NCBI RefSeq assembly: GCF_018977255.1 | Contig: NW_024704743.1 | Coordinates: 62,684,001 to 62,748,000 of the forward strand | Direction of reading: 5' to 3' | Source of the DNA: Callorhinchus milii | Taxonomy: Eukaryota | DNA length: 64,000 nt | In this document: piece by piece, positions 27,211 through 40,675 of the stretch | Layout: each line of letters starts with the position of its first letter | Numbering within the stretch: the first letter of the stretch is position 1 | Notes under the pieces: generated by a model | What the model was told of the DNA's origin: nothing | Seen by the model: only the letters and a program-made list of their open reading frames with translations | Database searches by the model: none | Position numbers and translations under genes: made by a program

Positions 27211-27602
27211 CTGTAAAGTGAGAATTTAGAAGCTATTCAACACTATTTGTATTCAATGGTTTGTAAAATGCCTTTCAGGCACCTTCAGCCTGTCACATGC
27301 ATTTTATTCTGTGAAGTACTTTCAAGTGAATTTAAATGAGTGGTGTGTCATAACTAGCATTGCTGGGTAACCAATCAATACTATCATTATTTACCAATCT
27401 GTCAATTAAAAATATTACTATTAAGCAGAGCTCTACTTCTGCTATTCTTCCAAAAAATACTTTTTAAACCTGTGTGTTTTTCACCCACTTGCAGTCAGTC
27501 TGTGGGTTCCCCAAGCACCCTTTGGGAGCTTCTATGAACACATTAAATGGCAATGTAGGCGTAATGGGCTGGATATCTACTTCTGGCAACATTTTAACAC
27601 TG

Positions 27603-28228
27603 AAACACTGGTCCATGCCTTTATCACCTCAAGGCTGGACTATGGGAACTCTCTCCTCGCCGGCCTTCCCGCCACCTCCCTCCACAAGCTGCAGGTCATT
27701 CAGAACTCTGCAGCTCGTGTCCTGTCCCGCACCAGGCTTCGCGACCACATCACTCCCACCCTCGCTCGCCTCCACTGGCTCCCCATCCCCCAGAGGATCG
27801 AATTCAAGATCCTCATGCTCACCTACAAGGCCATTCACGGCCTTGCTCCCTCCTACCTCTCCGACCTACTATCCACCTACTTACCTGCCCGTACCCTCCG
27901 TTCCTCCGGCTCCGGTCTGCTCCACACCCACTGCCCTAACCGCCCTACCATCGGTGGCCGGGCCTTCAGCCTCTCAGCCCCGAGGCTCTGGAACTCCATC
28001 CCCCAGTGCCTTCGCCGCCTCCTCCCTTTCCTCCTTCAAGGCCGGTCTCAAGACCTTTCTCTTCAACCGTGCCTTCACCTCCCCTCTCGACTCTCTAACC
28101 CCTCCTCGCTCCCTCCCTTCCCTCACCCTGACCATTTCCCCCCTGCTCGGGTCCTCACCCAACTATCCAGCGCCTTGGGACGTCCTCCCGATGTGAAAGG
28201 CGCTCTATAAATGCAATCTTGTTGTTGT
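27603..28228 (+). mobile_element. Young L2 LINE 3' fragment
   Basis: Near-identical inverted counterpart of 20738-21470, with L2 tail gcgccttgggacgtcctcccgatgtgaaaggcgctctataaatgcaatcttgttgttg. Confidence 0.95.
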
Positions 28229-29479
28229 AATGTTTTTAGAATCACAAGGATAAAACAATAAAATATAAACTGAAGCAGACTGATCTTTAAACAAATGATA
28301 ACCAATGTTTTACTTTTTTGGTCAGTAATGATGAATAAAGTAGTGTCTTTACTTTTTTTGTCCTTTTTTGTCCTTCGAAAACACATCACCATATGACCCG
28401 ACCCATACCAACCCCACCATAAGAGTTTCCACGTAGCCCACCTGTTCATGGAAATTCAGAGTTCCTTATTGGAATGAAATGCGCACTCTCTCCCTGGAGG
28501 AGCATGACCCTCTGACATATATGTGGAGGTTATTAGGCACAGGTTAGCAAAAGCCAAGGTGTGGGAATCCCAGTGACTACTTTTATACAATTGTACTTCC
28601 TCCTGGTATCCTCCTCACTATTTGATGACCCAAACGTGACCATGAATTTGCAGAATGATCCAACCAAGAGCAGGAATTTGTATCATAGTGAACACCAATC
28701 CTACCATTCCATGGAACAGTGCAGCAATCAAATACTGAACACCTTGGTCTCAGGGTTCTCAAGGAAACGGGACACATTCTTCAGTTTGTAGTTCTGCTCA
28801 GCCATGCTCAGCCCAGTTCAATATTGTAAATTATGTCAGAAGTGCCAAAGTCACTCCTAATTATTTAAGAACAGGAACTATTTAATTATTAAATTAATCA
28901 ATTAATTAATTAATTTAATTAATTATTTAAGAACTATTACTTTGCTCCTTGAAGCCCAGATTTGGCAGATCACACACAATCTGGTTTATTCGGATTTTGC
29001 TCCAACTGTTTAATCTCTCAAGAAAGATTCTGCAGTCTTTCTCCAGGCTTCCAATACAGTAAACAATACAGTACCACAACATTTACTCATCTTACATTCT
29101 CCATTATAAATCCTTCAGTTGCCTACTTTGCAAAGACAAGTATAACTTTTAATAAAATTTACAATTTTAAAAACAACTTAAAAATGCACAATTGTATTCC
29201 TTTATTTCCCACTCACCTAATGTTCACTATATACAACAATACAATACAAATTTAGATTAAAAAAGTGCCTTTCATGTCAACTGTTAACACCTTTGACTAT
29301 TAAGTCGACTGTTAGGACATCCAAAGATGCTCAACAGTTCTCTGGCCTACATCACAATAAATTCCCTCTCAGAAATAAGGCGCTTTAACAAGTAAAAGCC
29401 ATAGATTAGAACAGGACAATGGAATGTTGAGAAAGTGCCTACATTACTGTGTAGGTAGTTGGAGCTGATTCCACCTAAA

Positions 29480-30055
29480 AATAATAATAATCTTTGCATT
29501 TGATATAGTGGCTTTCACATCATTGAGGCGTCTCAAAGCGCTTCACAGGATATACTGTATAGTGGATTGACATGTGTATTTTGTGAGCGAAACGCGACAG
29601 CTTATTGCACAGCTTTGACTATGCGAATCATCGGCCCATCCTCGCCCCACTCCACTGGCTTCCCATCACACAGAGTATACAGTTCAAGATCCTGGTACTC
29701 ACCTTCAAAGCCCTCCAATGGTCTTGCTCCCACCTACCTCTGCGACTTCCTAACCCTCTACCATCCAGCCCGCTCCCTCTGCTCAGCGGGCTCCGGCCTG
29801 CTTCACGTCTCCCGCCTCGCTCACTCCACCATTGGTGGGTGGGCTTTCTGACACTCTGCCCCCACTCTCTGGAACTCCATCCCAGAGTCCCTCCACCTCG
29901 CCTGACTGTCCAGGGCCTTAGGACATCCTCCCGACATGAAAAGCGATCTACAAATGTAATTTTCTTGTTGTTGTTTTCATGTTCCTACCTGGGGATTGAA
30001 CCCACAATCTTCTGACTCAGAGGTGAGAGTTCTACCACTGTGTCAGATTGACACA
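29480..30055. mobile_element. Cluster: SINE 3' end (minus, about 29480-29615), L2 3' fragment (plus, about 29625-29975), Deu-SINE tRNA head (minus, about 29985-30055)
   Basis: Similarity to the other copies in the window. Confidence 0.75.
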
Positions 30056-32949
30056 CAGAAATAATCATCACTTGAGAGAGAAAAACATGATCACAGAGAG
30101 GAGATTCTCTTATCATAAGGAAAAATAAGCTTCTTCTGGTTGTTAAGGTGGGTTAAAATATTCCAGGGCACTACTTAGAAGTGTTTCATAGTTTCACTGA
30201 CAAACCTTGAAAGAGTTGAGAGAAGGAGTGAATCGGAAGGACTCAATGCAGCTCCAGACTTATGTATCAGTGAGAACTTTTTTTTTAAACAATACACAGA
30301 AAAAAAAGCAATCAACATTTTATTGTCATCATCAGCCAGTTTTGTGAAAGATTTCCTATTTTCTGGAAGAGATAATGTTTAAAGATAATAAATAAATGAA
30401 TATTTGACTTCATCACGGCTTTTTGCTGTGAGCTAGTCATTGCTACAACATACAATAAAGAGGACACAGAGTATGAGCATATTGGTTAGTATAAATTATT
30501 ATTATTACACAGTTTAAGGTTAATTATCCCCTTCTGAGTAAAGTAGTTATTAATCATTGTCCAAGCTGCCAATCTGTTCCTTGATGTGTCTGCCTGCCGT
30601 CTGTCTTTTATGAAGTTCTTCTTCTCCTGTCATTCTTCTTACTGATCTTGTTACTTTTATATTTGCTGATGCTAGATACTTTGCAAACCTTCAAAATTCA
30701 TTGTTTATGCCCATAAATAAAAATAATCCTTGCATATAGTACCTTATTAACTTGAAACCTTAATTTTTCTGTTTGATCCTCAGTTCTGTTTACTTCCTGA
30801 CTAAGACAGCTGTTTTTCATTTTCGCCACATTACCGACCTCCGTCCTTGGTTCATTTCCAATGTAGCCAAAACCCTCATCTACGTCTTTGTTATGCCCAG
30901 ATTCAACTCCCTCAATGCCCTTCTTGCCAGCCTCCCAGCCGACCATCCACAAGCTCCCGCTCATCCAAAATCTGACTGCTCGCATCCTTACCTGCACTAA
31001 GCTTGACACACCTGTCACCCCTTTCCACGTCAGGCTCCTAATCGTCTTTTTACCTCTTTCCTAAGTTTGCATATACACTTCTGTTTCCCTCTCTGTTATC
31101 TATTCTGTACTTTTCCAATGCTTTTTTTCCTGAGCTCCAGTTTTGCCTTCACCTCCTTATTCATCCAAGGCATCCCACTATTAGCTAATTTTCCCTTATT
31201 TCGTAATGGAATATATATAATTTGCATCTTTTCTATATTGTGCTTAAAAATCTTTCATTGTTGCTCAACATCTTTGTTTGTCAATGTTTCCCTCCAGTCT
31301 TCCTCAGCTACTTCATTCTCAATGGTAGGATGAAGAAATTCCAGGCAGAGTCAATGCTACAACATAGTCAAAAAATCTAACTAGATATTCCATGATTGCT
31401 GGCTTTTCTGGGAGTAACATCAAATGATGACTATTCGCTTCTATGTACTATATAGTTCAGTGAGTTTTTGCAGCAGTAGCTGCAGCTGTGGCCATTGTCT
31501 ACTCAGATCCCTGCATCTTAATTTGCCACTGAAGCTAACTTGTCAGCATATCAGAAGTTAGTTAAATGTGTTCAAAATTTTCAACCAACCGACAGAATCT
31601 AGTATTCTGGCAGTAAAGGGAGTGAAGAAAATGCCAAAAAAAGACACTAGGAAACACAAGGAAAAACATGTTTCAGTTAAACAAAACTGTTTGTTTAAGG
31701 AAAACAGTGCATTAATTCAAAGGGTTTTTGGCATTAAAAGAGCTGGTGAGTTCACATTAACTTTTAAAATCTTAACAGCTGAAAACTTCAACTTTGAAGC
31801 TCTGTCCAAGTCTACCTCGGTTTCCATGGCCTCCATCTCGCTTTCTGCAGCATTTAATTAATAATACACTGTTATTGTGAGGCTGTATATCCAAGGCTGA
31901 TATCATCAAGGCATGCACGTCAACAGCTATGTTGAAATCAAAACTCAGTCCACCATCTCATTTTCCCAGAACCTCCCTTAGCGTGCCTCTTCTTTACAAT
32001 TGACAGGTTTATAAAGCTCAAGCTTGGCTTTCTCAATTTATCCTATCTTTTCTCAGGCTCTTTTCTACTGACAACTAAAAACAATTCACAGCAAGCAGGA
32101 TCTATAAGTGTTGAACTTCATTGCAAGANTTTTTTTCCCCAATGAGAGACTTAGTGATGAATCAGACACATTATTTAATCAATTGTAAAGATTATAGTGT
32201 AATTTTTTTCACCTCCAATCCCCCTGAGCATTTAAGTTAAAGCATACACATAAACCACTAAAGGTATTTGCGGGTACTACATGTTTTAGACAGCAGCAAA
32301 ACAACAAGAAAACAAAATATTAATAAAGCACCAATTGATGGTCTTTGGAATTTACATTTCACTACAGTTAGTGTTACAATGTTCAAAAATAAAGTTTTCT
32401 AGAAATAGGTAACAAAACTGTCAGTAACTTGTAACATCAGTTCGCCCACAAAATACCCAGTCAATCCACTTTGCAGTATATCCTGTGCTTTAATCTTTAC
32501 GACGTGATAAGGCGCTATATAAAATGCAAGGATTATTATTATCCGTGTTTATTAGGATTATCAAAGGCCCTATTGAAGACAATTGTTCTAAGGCCTGGTC
32601 ACTTGATTTTTCGGATATGAAGTGGTTGTAAAAGAGGGTAATAAAAGAACAAGTTGAAAATCAGCTAGTCTGGAAGGTTGGGTCATCTGAAATAGGTGCA
32701 GTTCAGGTTCATATGAAATAAGCAGGGTTAAATTCCACTTAGGTCTAGATTTAATTTATTATTGTAGTATTTATAAACAATACAGAATCTGGTAAATTCT
32801 TAAATACCATCATCATTTTGAAGCTAGTTTTCTGTAAGTTCTAGAGAAAACCAGCTTTAAAGTTAAGATTGAATCCCAACAAGTTGTCAAATCCTGGGCA
32901 TTCTGAGATGCTACATTAATTAAGCAAATCTAGATCCATGCTGTGGATC

Positions 32950-33572
32950 CACTTACATGCCTTGACCTGCTCAGCTTTCTCCCACATCTACAATACTGCT
33001 CGCCTCTGCCACTACCTCTCCTCTCGGGCCGCCATACTTTTATCACGTCTAGTCTTGATTTCGCCAACTCGCTGCTCGTTCCACTTCCCAGCTCTTCCTG
33101 CCACAAACTGCAAACCATGAAGAACTCTGCAGCTCGTGTCCTCTCCTGCATAGACTCCGTGAGCCTATCACCCCATCCTTGCCCTGCTCAACATCCCCCA
33201 GAGGATTGAGTTCACGATCCTTGTCCTCACTTTTAAATTCCTCCAGTCTTGCTCCACCCCATCTCTGTGATCTTATAAAAGCCTAATAACCCGCTTGCTC
33301 CCTCTGCATTGGCCTGCTTCATGTACCCTGCCCTGCTCCCTCCACCATCAGGCCTTCAGTCTTTCTGCCCCACTCTCTGGAATTCCACCCTTTGCTTTGC
33401 CTCTTCCCTCAATTCTTTCAAGGTCCATCTCAAGACCCTTACCACTCCCTTACCATCTTGGCCCCCACCTCTCCCGAATCCAAAGCCCAGTTTGCGCGTA
33501 AACCCGACTGTCCAGCACCTTGGAATGTCTCCCGACGTGAAAGGCCCACTACAAATCAATTTGTTGTTGTTG
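32950..33572 (+). mobile_element. L2 3' fragment
   Basis: FITSSLDFANSLL..KLQTMKNSAARVL, followed by the L2 tail with (TTG)n. Confidence 0.85.
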
Positions 33573-33745
33573 TAATGCAGTTAAAGCATTTCATTATTTG
33601 GTCATTAGTTTGCAGCTGAAATTTATAAGTTCTCGATAATAGTACAAATGTTATTCTCCATCATCACAGGTAAGAATCAGAAAAGTACAATTCCAAACTG
33701 CAGAAAGGTTACTAAGGTTCTGTGCAATAGTAAGGTGTTGCTTAC

Positions 33746-33855
33746 GGCAAAATTGCTCTGAGCAGCATAGTGCAATGGTGTAGCTCCCTGGCTATCCGAT
33801 GGAATAGTGCCAGACTTGTTCCTTTCCAGAAGAAGGTGTCCTATTTGAGCATGAC
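33746..33855 (-). CDS. INVS: Inversin exon (approx. human exon 7), not in ORF track
   Basis: tttag|GT...GCC|gtaagc, 110 nt, phase 1-0; (G)HAQIGHLLLERNKSGTIPSDSQGATPLHYAAQSNFA. Confidence 0.97.
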
Positions 33856-34495
33856 CTAAAGATAAATGAAAAACAGTTCATAATTACATCCTGGAAACAT
33901 GAAAGGAAAAGAACAGCAAATAATGAATTTTAAACCATGCTTTCAGGGGCATCACAGTTTAGTACATTATTAGTTTGAAGAATACAAAGGCCCAATATCT
34001 ATTCTGTGCCAAATTCATTGATCTCATTCAGGACAACAATGAGGGAACTACAATTGGCCTTGTGAATAATCTCCCCACCCATATGGTTCAGATTGCAATG
34101 TTTCCTGCATGTGTGAAGATCAGGATCAGCACTGATGTTCTCAAAGAGTTGAACAACCTGCTAAAAATCATTCGCTGGGAATTATGCACGAAGAACAGCC
34201 ACTTAGGTGAATTGCACCATCAGGAAAGGAGCGCAGGAGAAAATTATAATCTTGCACAGACATTATGACCCTGAAACATTTCTGCACATAAAATAAAAAC
34301 TTGAAATTCCAATTAAGAATATGGATTATATTCCAATTTCACAACTACCGGAAAGAGTGTGCAACAAAATTTACATTTACAACACAATATACAGAATATA
34401 TAGTGCCTTTCACGATGAAAGGGTGTTTCAAAGAGCTTCACAATGCTGGCTGGTTACTTGAAGGGATGGGAGCTGAAGGGTGTGAGGAAGGGAAA

Positions 34496-35005
34496 GAACA
34501 ACAACAATTTGGATTTATATAGTGCCCTCCACGCCGGACGGCGTCTCAGAGCGCTTTACAGTAACGGATCCCAGGACCAAGCCAGGGGGAGGGGGATGGT
34601 GAAGGTGACCAAAGGCGCGGTCAAAAAGAAAGGTCTTCAGCAGAAACCTGAAAATGGGGAGCGAGGGAGCGAGACGAAGAGAGTGAGGAAAGAAATTCCG
34701 GCATAGTAGCTGAAGGCACGGCCGCCAAGTGTGGAGCGGAGGACTTGGGGGACGAGGAGGAGGCCAGACCCGGAGGAACGAAGGCAACGGGCAATGAGGT
34801 TCGTCTTGAAGTGAAGGGAGCGACTGGGTTGGTAGATTTATTGGAGGTCGCAGAGGTAGGGTAGGGGAAGCCGTGGATGTATTTGAAAGTGAGAACAAGG
34901 TCTTAAGTTTGATTACCTGGGAGTGGGAAGTCAATGAGGCTGAGCGAGGATTGGGGTGATATACTCAGGGAGCCTGGTGCATGAGAGGACATAGGCTGCA
35001 AAGTT
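34496..35005 (-). mobile_element. L2 3' fragment (a different L2 subfamily)
   Basis: Tail aagcgctctgagacgccgtccggcgtggagggcactatataaatccaaattgttgttg on the minus strand. Confidence 0.85.
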
Positions 35006-36039
35006 CAACATCTTATCCAGAGGTAACAATGCAGGACTCCACCAGCACTGCACACGAGTGTCAGTCCTGCAGTACTGCACAGAGGTGTGTCGCAACCTTC
35101 TCCCATAGATTGTAGAGTTCTACCAACTTGAGCCATCCTCCTTTTGGGGGAGGGGTAGGGGGCGGGGGGCGAGGTGCAGGGGAGGAAGGTAATCAGGGGT
35201 TTCCTTGAAGCTGAGCTGCTTCTAAGGTGATGTGCTTGGCAACAGAATGTCGGAATCAAATCAATCCTCTGCGGTCTCAGTGGACCAGGCATTATACCAG
35301 GGCACTGCTGACAACAGACCAGCAAACCTTTGACATTGACAGACCACACAAAACAACTGTGCCAAACTATCTAACCATTAATAATCAAACATATAATTTC
35401 AATCATGTGTTTGTTTATGTGTTTACATATTTTTAAAGAATGTTACTTTGGTACTTTTCTCCCAAGGAGAGGGTGGAGAATGGCAAGAATCTTACAGGTC
35501 AATACCAGGAACTGTCAGTTCGTTTGAAGCTGCTCTTCTAAGGCTGGTCAATAGGATTCTGTATATACTAGAAAGCAAAGAGTTTTCAATTACACTGGGA
35601 GGAAGGCCGCTAGTACAACATGAGTGTAGTGAATAATTGGATAGATTTTCCCTTATGCATCTTTTACAGTAAGTTTCGAATCTCAGTTGAGCAGTTAGGC
35701 CACGTAGTTGGGGAATACGTGGCCTACATGGAAGGTAATGCACTTCCCTGGTAGTAGGATAGGGAAAATAAAGGGCTGTAAGATGTGCAATGCCTAGGAG
35801 GGAACACAAATGAAAGATTAGCAAAACAATAGAAACATTACTTGGTTCCACACCCTTTTGATATGGTAGCAGAACTAGTATGGGGATACCCAAGAAAGTG
35901 GGTAAAAATAAAGTGGATGCACGGGGAGGATGAGAGTACTTTCTTTTGAAGAATGTGATTTTTTTTATTGCACTTTGCTGGTTTAGCATTTATTATACGT
36001 GTCTGGTTTGGGAAGACCAAGAACATTAAGCCAAGAACC

Positions 36040-36340
36040 ATAATAATAATAATCCTTGCATCTGATATAGCGCTTTTCACGTCTTCTAGGTGTCTCAAAG
36101 CGCTTCACAGAATATGCTGTAAAGTGAATTGACTGTATCTTTGTGGGCGAAACATGGCAGCCAATTGCGCACAACAGTGTCCCACAAACAGTTGTGGATT
36201 GAAAATGATCAATTTATTATTGTTTTGTTTTGGAGGGATTATTATTAGGAGTGTGGAGTAAGGAAACTTGCCCAAGGTTTTGCCCTGTCTGGAATTGAAC
36301 CCAGGTATCTGTACTCTAACCAGTGAGCTACAGGACTCCA
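36040..36340 (-). mobile_element. Composite SINE (short form, TAGAA-loop tail, anticodon arm deleted)
   Basis: Aligns end to end with 19243-19564. Confidence 0.92.
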
Positions 36341-36639
36341 TGATTCTTGACGGTTTTGCACAATTGAATAGTTTTTTTTCAAAAGGCGATCAAAGAATTG
36401 TGAAAGCAGATGTTTCGTCTTGTATAGTTTGGGACATGTGTCTATTCATTAACTGGCTATATTTTACAATACAAAATAGGCCATCAGGACATTTCCAGAG
36501 TTACCCATTAGTTTCACTGACTTGCCCTTTATATTTTTTTATGNTTTTTTTGTTTGCAGATTACCTATTTTAACCATATGATACAATACAAATTTCTGTA
36601 GCGATTTTCATGTCAGGAAGCTTTCCCAAAGCATAATCC

Positions 36640-36880
36640 TTAGTGTAAAGAAAAATCCGAACTCTCCNTTTTTTTTGAAGGATCTTAAATTTATGCCCTC
36701 TGGTTCCTGACTCACTGACCAAAGGAAATAGTTTCACACTACATTATTGAAGTCTCTCAAAATTTTTAAGACCTCTAACAGTGCTCCTTTCAAACAACAT
36801 TGTTCAAGTGGCTACAGTCCTAACTTCTTTGGCATCTCATCATAACTAAAGCTCAATGATAGTAACATTCCTTGAATCCT
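36640..36880 (-). mobile_element. Old CR1 3' fragment
   Basis: Minus strand reads LEVLKILR..LFP..TRGHKFKI-like. Confidence 0.6.
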
Positions 36881-37119
36881 CACAGAATTGTGTATTTTGT
36901 AGGTGAACAATTTGTGCACAACAAGGCACTACAAACAGCTATGAAGTGAAAGACCAGTTTTATGTGGGGGACTGTTGGTCAGAACAATGGGAGAAACTCC
37001 CTTCTCTTTTCAAACAATGCATGGGATCTGTAATGCCCATCTGAACAGGACAACAAGCCCTCAGTGGCACCTCCCAAATGCAACATATCCCAGCACTGCG
37101 TTGAAGAGTTAGTCTAGAC

Positions 37120-37446
37120 CAGCGTGGTCCAACAGGCGCCATGTGATTTTATCCGTCACTCGACCATTTCCACCATTCCAATTTCCACTCTCTTCCTCCC
37201 TGGTGAACGTCCTCCCAGGGCAGCGGCAGGTGCCGGCGATTGGAAGGACGCAGCGCGCAGAGACTTTACTGCAGTCTGTCTGGAAGGCAAGTACGTCTCT
37301 TACCAACCGTGTCCTTAGCAACCAACTGCTGGTTCCTGCCGCTGCAGATAGTGACCCGCGCTTGGAAGAGAGATTGGGTTGCGGCCCATGGACCTTTCCC
37401 AAATAGGGAATCCGTCCCGTGGCAGCCAAAAGGTTGGACCGCCCTG
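37120..37446. mobile_element. Non-autonomous hAT (Charlie-type) DNA transposon / MITE, 327 bp
   Basis: TIRs CAGCGTGGTCCAAC / GTTGGACCGCCCTG (12 of 14 match); perfect 8-bp TSD GTCTAGAC at 37112-37119 and 37447-37454, fitting the NTCTAGAN target preference of hAT-Charlie. Confidence 0.92.
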
Positions 37447-37457
37447 GTCTAGACTGT

Positions 37458-38135
37458 AACAACAACAACAAATGACATTTGTACAGCGCCTTTCACATCA
37501 GGACGTCCCAAGGTACTGGACAGTCAGGGATTCGCACCGGCGCTGGTGGTTGGGATCAGGAGGAGTGGAGGGCGGGGAGGGTAGGGATAGGAGGGTCACC
37601 AAAGGCTCAGTTGAAGAAGAGGGTCTTGAGACAGGTCTTGAAGGAGGCAAGAGAGGGGCGAGGATAAGGAACTGTGGGATGGAGTTCCAAAAGGTGGGGT
37701 AGAGAGACTGAAGGCCTTCCCGCCAATGGTTGGGTGGGCAAGGCGGGGGACGTGAAGCAGGTTGGAACCTGCTGCGCAGAAGGAACAAACAGGTGGTTGG
37801 GGGTTAGGAGGTCACAGAGATAGGGGGGAGCAAGGCTGTGGAGGACTTTGAAGATGAGGACCAGGATTTTGAACTGTATCCTCTCTGTGTTGGGAAGCCA
37901 GTGGAAATGGGTGAGGCGTGGGGTGATATGGTCGCGGAGCCTGGTGCGGAAGAGGACACAGTCTGCAGAGTTCTGGAGGAAGAAGTTTGTGGAGGAAGAA
38001 GTTTGGGGAGGCCGACAAGCAGGGAGTTTGCTTGGTCAAGCTTGAATGTAATGAATGCGTGGATGAGGGTCTCGGTGGCCTGAGGTGAGAAACAGTGGCG
38101 GAGCTGGGCAATGTTGCGGAGGTGAGGAAAGGCAG
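37458..38135 (-). mobile_element. L2 3' fragment
   Basis: (AAC)n and L2 tail at the left end; similar to 47800-48453. Confidence 0.88.
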
Positions 38136-38611
38136 AACTTCATATGAGTTCAAAGTCCTATCTTGGGGCTTGAACCCACAACTTTCTGATTCAAAGGTGA
38201 GAGTGCTATCAAATGTGCCTGGCTGTCAACAACAACAACTTGCACTTATATAGCGCCCTCCAAGCAGGGTAGCGTCCCAGAGGGCTTAACAGTGGTGGAG
38301 GCTGATTCCGAGCCGGGGGGGAGGTGGGAGGTAACCGTAAGCACGGTCGAAGAGGAAAGCTTTCAGAAATCCACATGGAATAAGTCTGCCAAGGTCCACA
38401 GGTGAAAGGATGGCTCATTATAGATTACAAAGGGTGGTTTTGTTGAAAAATACAAAGATCTTTAGCACTTGTGATCAACTTAGAAAGTTAACAGCCAAAT
38501 TTGAAATTCTCAGATTTAAAAATGACATCATCATTTTAATAAAATGAAAAGGTCTTTTTGAATACAGAAGAACATTTTTAAGCATAGTTATTCCACTCTT
38601 TGATTAATTAC

Positions 38612-38792
38612 CTAGTAAAGCTGCCCAATGAAGAGGTGTTCGAAATAGGTTATCATAAGAAGTTATGTTGCATCCTTCGTATAGCGTCAACACATCAACT
38701 ACAGCTTTGTTTCCATCAGCAACAGCAAAATGCAATGGTGTTCGCCCTTCATAGTCCTGCCAGTTCAGCAGTGATTCGGTTGGAGCTGCTTC
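38612..38792 (-). CDS. INVS: Inversin exon (approx. human exon 6), not in ORF track
   Basis: gcgatag|GAA...CTAG|gtaatt, 181 nt, phase 0-1; EAAPTESLLNWQDYEGRTPLHFAVADGNKAVVDVLTLYEGCNITSYDNLFRTPLHWAALL(G). Confidence 0.97.
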
Positions 38793-40675
38793 CTATCGCA
38801 AGAAAAACACAGAATTTCATAATGTACATTACATGCTGTGTTTTGTTTCAACAATTATTCCCCAAACTATCTTGCAAAAGGAATACTGGACAAAAAAGCA
38901 TCCTTAAACTATATAAACTTATAAGAATAAAATGTCATGACTCAAAGTAGAAAATTTGGTAAAAAGTTTTGCTTTCAAACATAATATTAAAAACAAGTCC
39001 TTGCATTTGATACAGCACCTTATCACATCTTCTAGACATCTCAAAGTGCTTCACAGAATAGACTGTAAAGTGAATTGTTTTATGGGCGAAACGCGGCAGC
39101 CAATTGCACACAGCAGTGTCCTACAAACACTTGTGGATCGAGTGAACAAATTATTATTATAATTTAGCATTGCTCTGGAACACAACCCTAAGATATAACA
39201 CCAGGAAAGGTGCTTCTTTTCCAGCTGAAATACTCTTATCACACAATAGAGGAGGGTATGGCCTGAGCACTGCATTGAGAATGAACTATTGAAATGTACG
39301 ATATAAAAATAGGGGTTGAGTTCCCATCTAATGAACAATTCACAGTGTAAAATAAGCATTAAAGGTTATCTAAATAACTCTGGACTCAAATCAATCATCA
39401 AGCTCTTCACATATTCAAGAGTATTCAGGAATGAAAGTGTAAAATGAAACTGTAATTGTATTCACCAATAAAACGCTCCAGGGTCAAATTTAGAAATTTA
39501 ATATTCTAATTGTATTCTAAGAAGAACCAGTCTCTCAGAACATGGCTGGCTGTGGGTGTATAGTGCTTCTATACAGGATGGGAATTTCAATGTTTTTCCA
39601 GTCGTGCGTTTGAGACTTCAAAACCAGTTATTTTATACAGGATCGACGTTCGTCCGCTTAAATACATTAGCTTTATAACTAAACAAATTATTAGAAATAA
39701 GCAATAAGGACACCAGATACTTTCCAACGGAATTTAGAAATGCTGGTGTTAAGAATCTTTGTATTAGTTAAAACATTCTGATATTACTGTAAACACAGAA
39801 CAAGTACTGCACTATGACAAGATAAATCGTATTTAAAACCATTCTATATTTATTTAAAACTGCTGTGCGCAATTGGCTGCTGCATTTCACCCACAAAATA
39901 TACAGTTAATTCACTTCACAGTATATTCTGTGAAGCACTTTGAGACATCTCAAAGACGTGATAAGGCGCTCTATTAAATGCAAGGATTATTATTATTATT
40001 ATTAGTTCCTAAAGGTCAAATGAGCTACTCAGTAAATTATTTGTCAAAAATAAAGGCTAATAATAACATTTAACTATTTTCACATGGGAATGATTTAGCA
40101 TGGTGTCAGTACACTGACAGGCTAAAAAAAGGTGTCCATTGGTTGCGTTAGACAGGTGTTTGCTGAATAGTGGTATATTATGGAAAATCAGTCCGAAGCG
40201 TTCTAGGGGTGATTTTTGACAGCAGAGACGGTTGCTTTAATAAGTTTGATTATAGTTTCATATGATCTTTAATGACCACCTGAACAAGCAGACAGAATTT
40301 TGTTTTCTACTAAAGTTTTGTGGGCCCCAGTAATATGCTCAGTCACAATCTTTGAAGAACACCATGAACTGCGTCCATTTCCTATCCCGTGGTTCTCCTT
40401 AGTGAAATTGCCTATGAAGTGCTAAATTAAGTTTTAGGCCGGCCCCCCAAAACAATCGGTCCTGGGTTGAGACTGCCCGAATCCATTTCCCATAGGATCC
40501 TTAGAGTCAAATGACTGAAGAATCTTTCATCCCATAAATAGTAGCTAGATTCAAAGCAAAGTCCCAGGGGTGAAAGACAAGTGTGCTAACCTGCAACATC
40601 TTCCCACTCAATTATTTAATGTAAATTCTCATGCTGTAATTAGTAAGTGTGAGTCAACATCATCATCATCATTAC

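Larger units (their letters stand above)
36885..38230 (-). mobile_element. Old full-Deu-domain SINE split by a hAT MITE and an L2 fragment
   Basis: Deu domain at 36885-37119; tRNA-like head at about 38143-38230 (cttgaacccacaactttctgattcaaaggtgagagtgcta). Confidence 0.7.
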
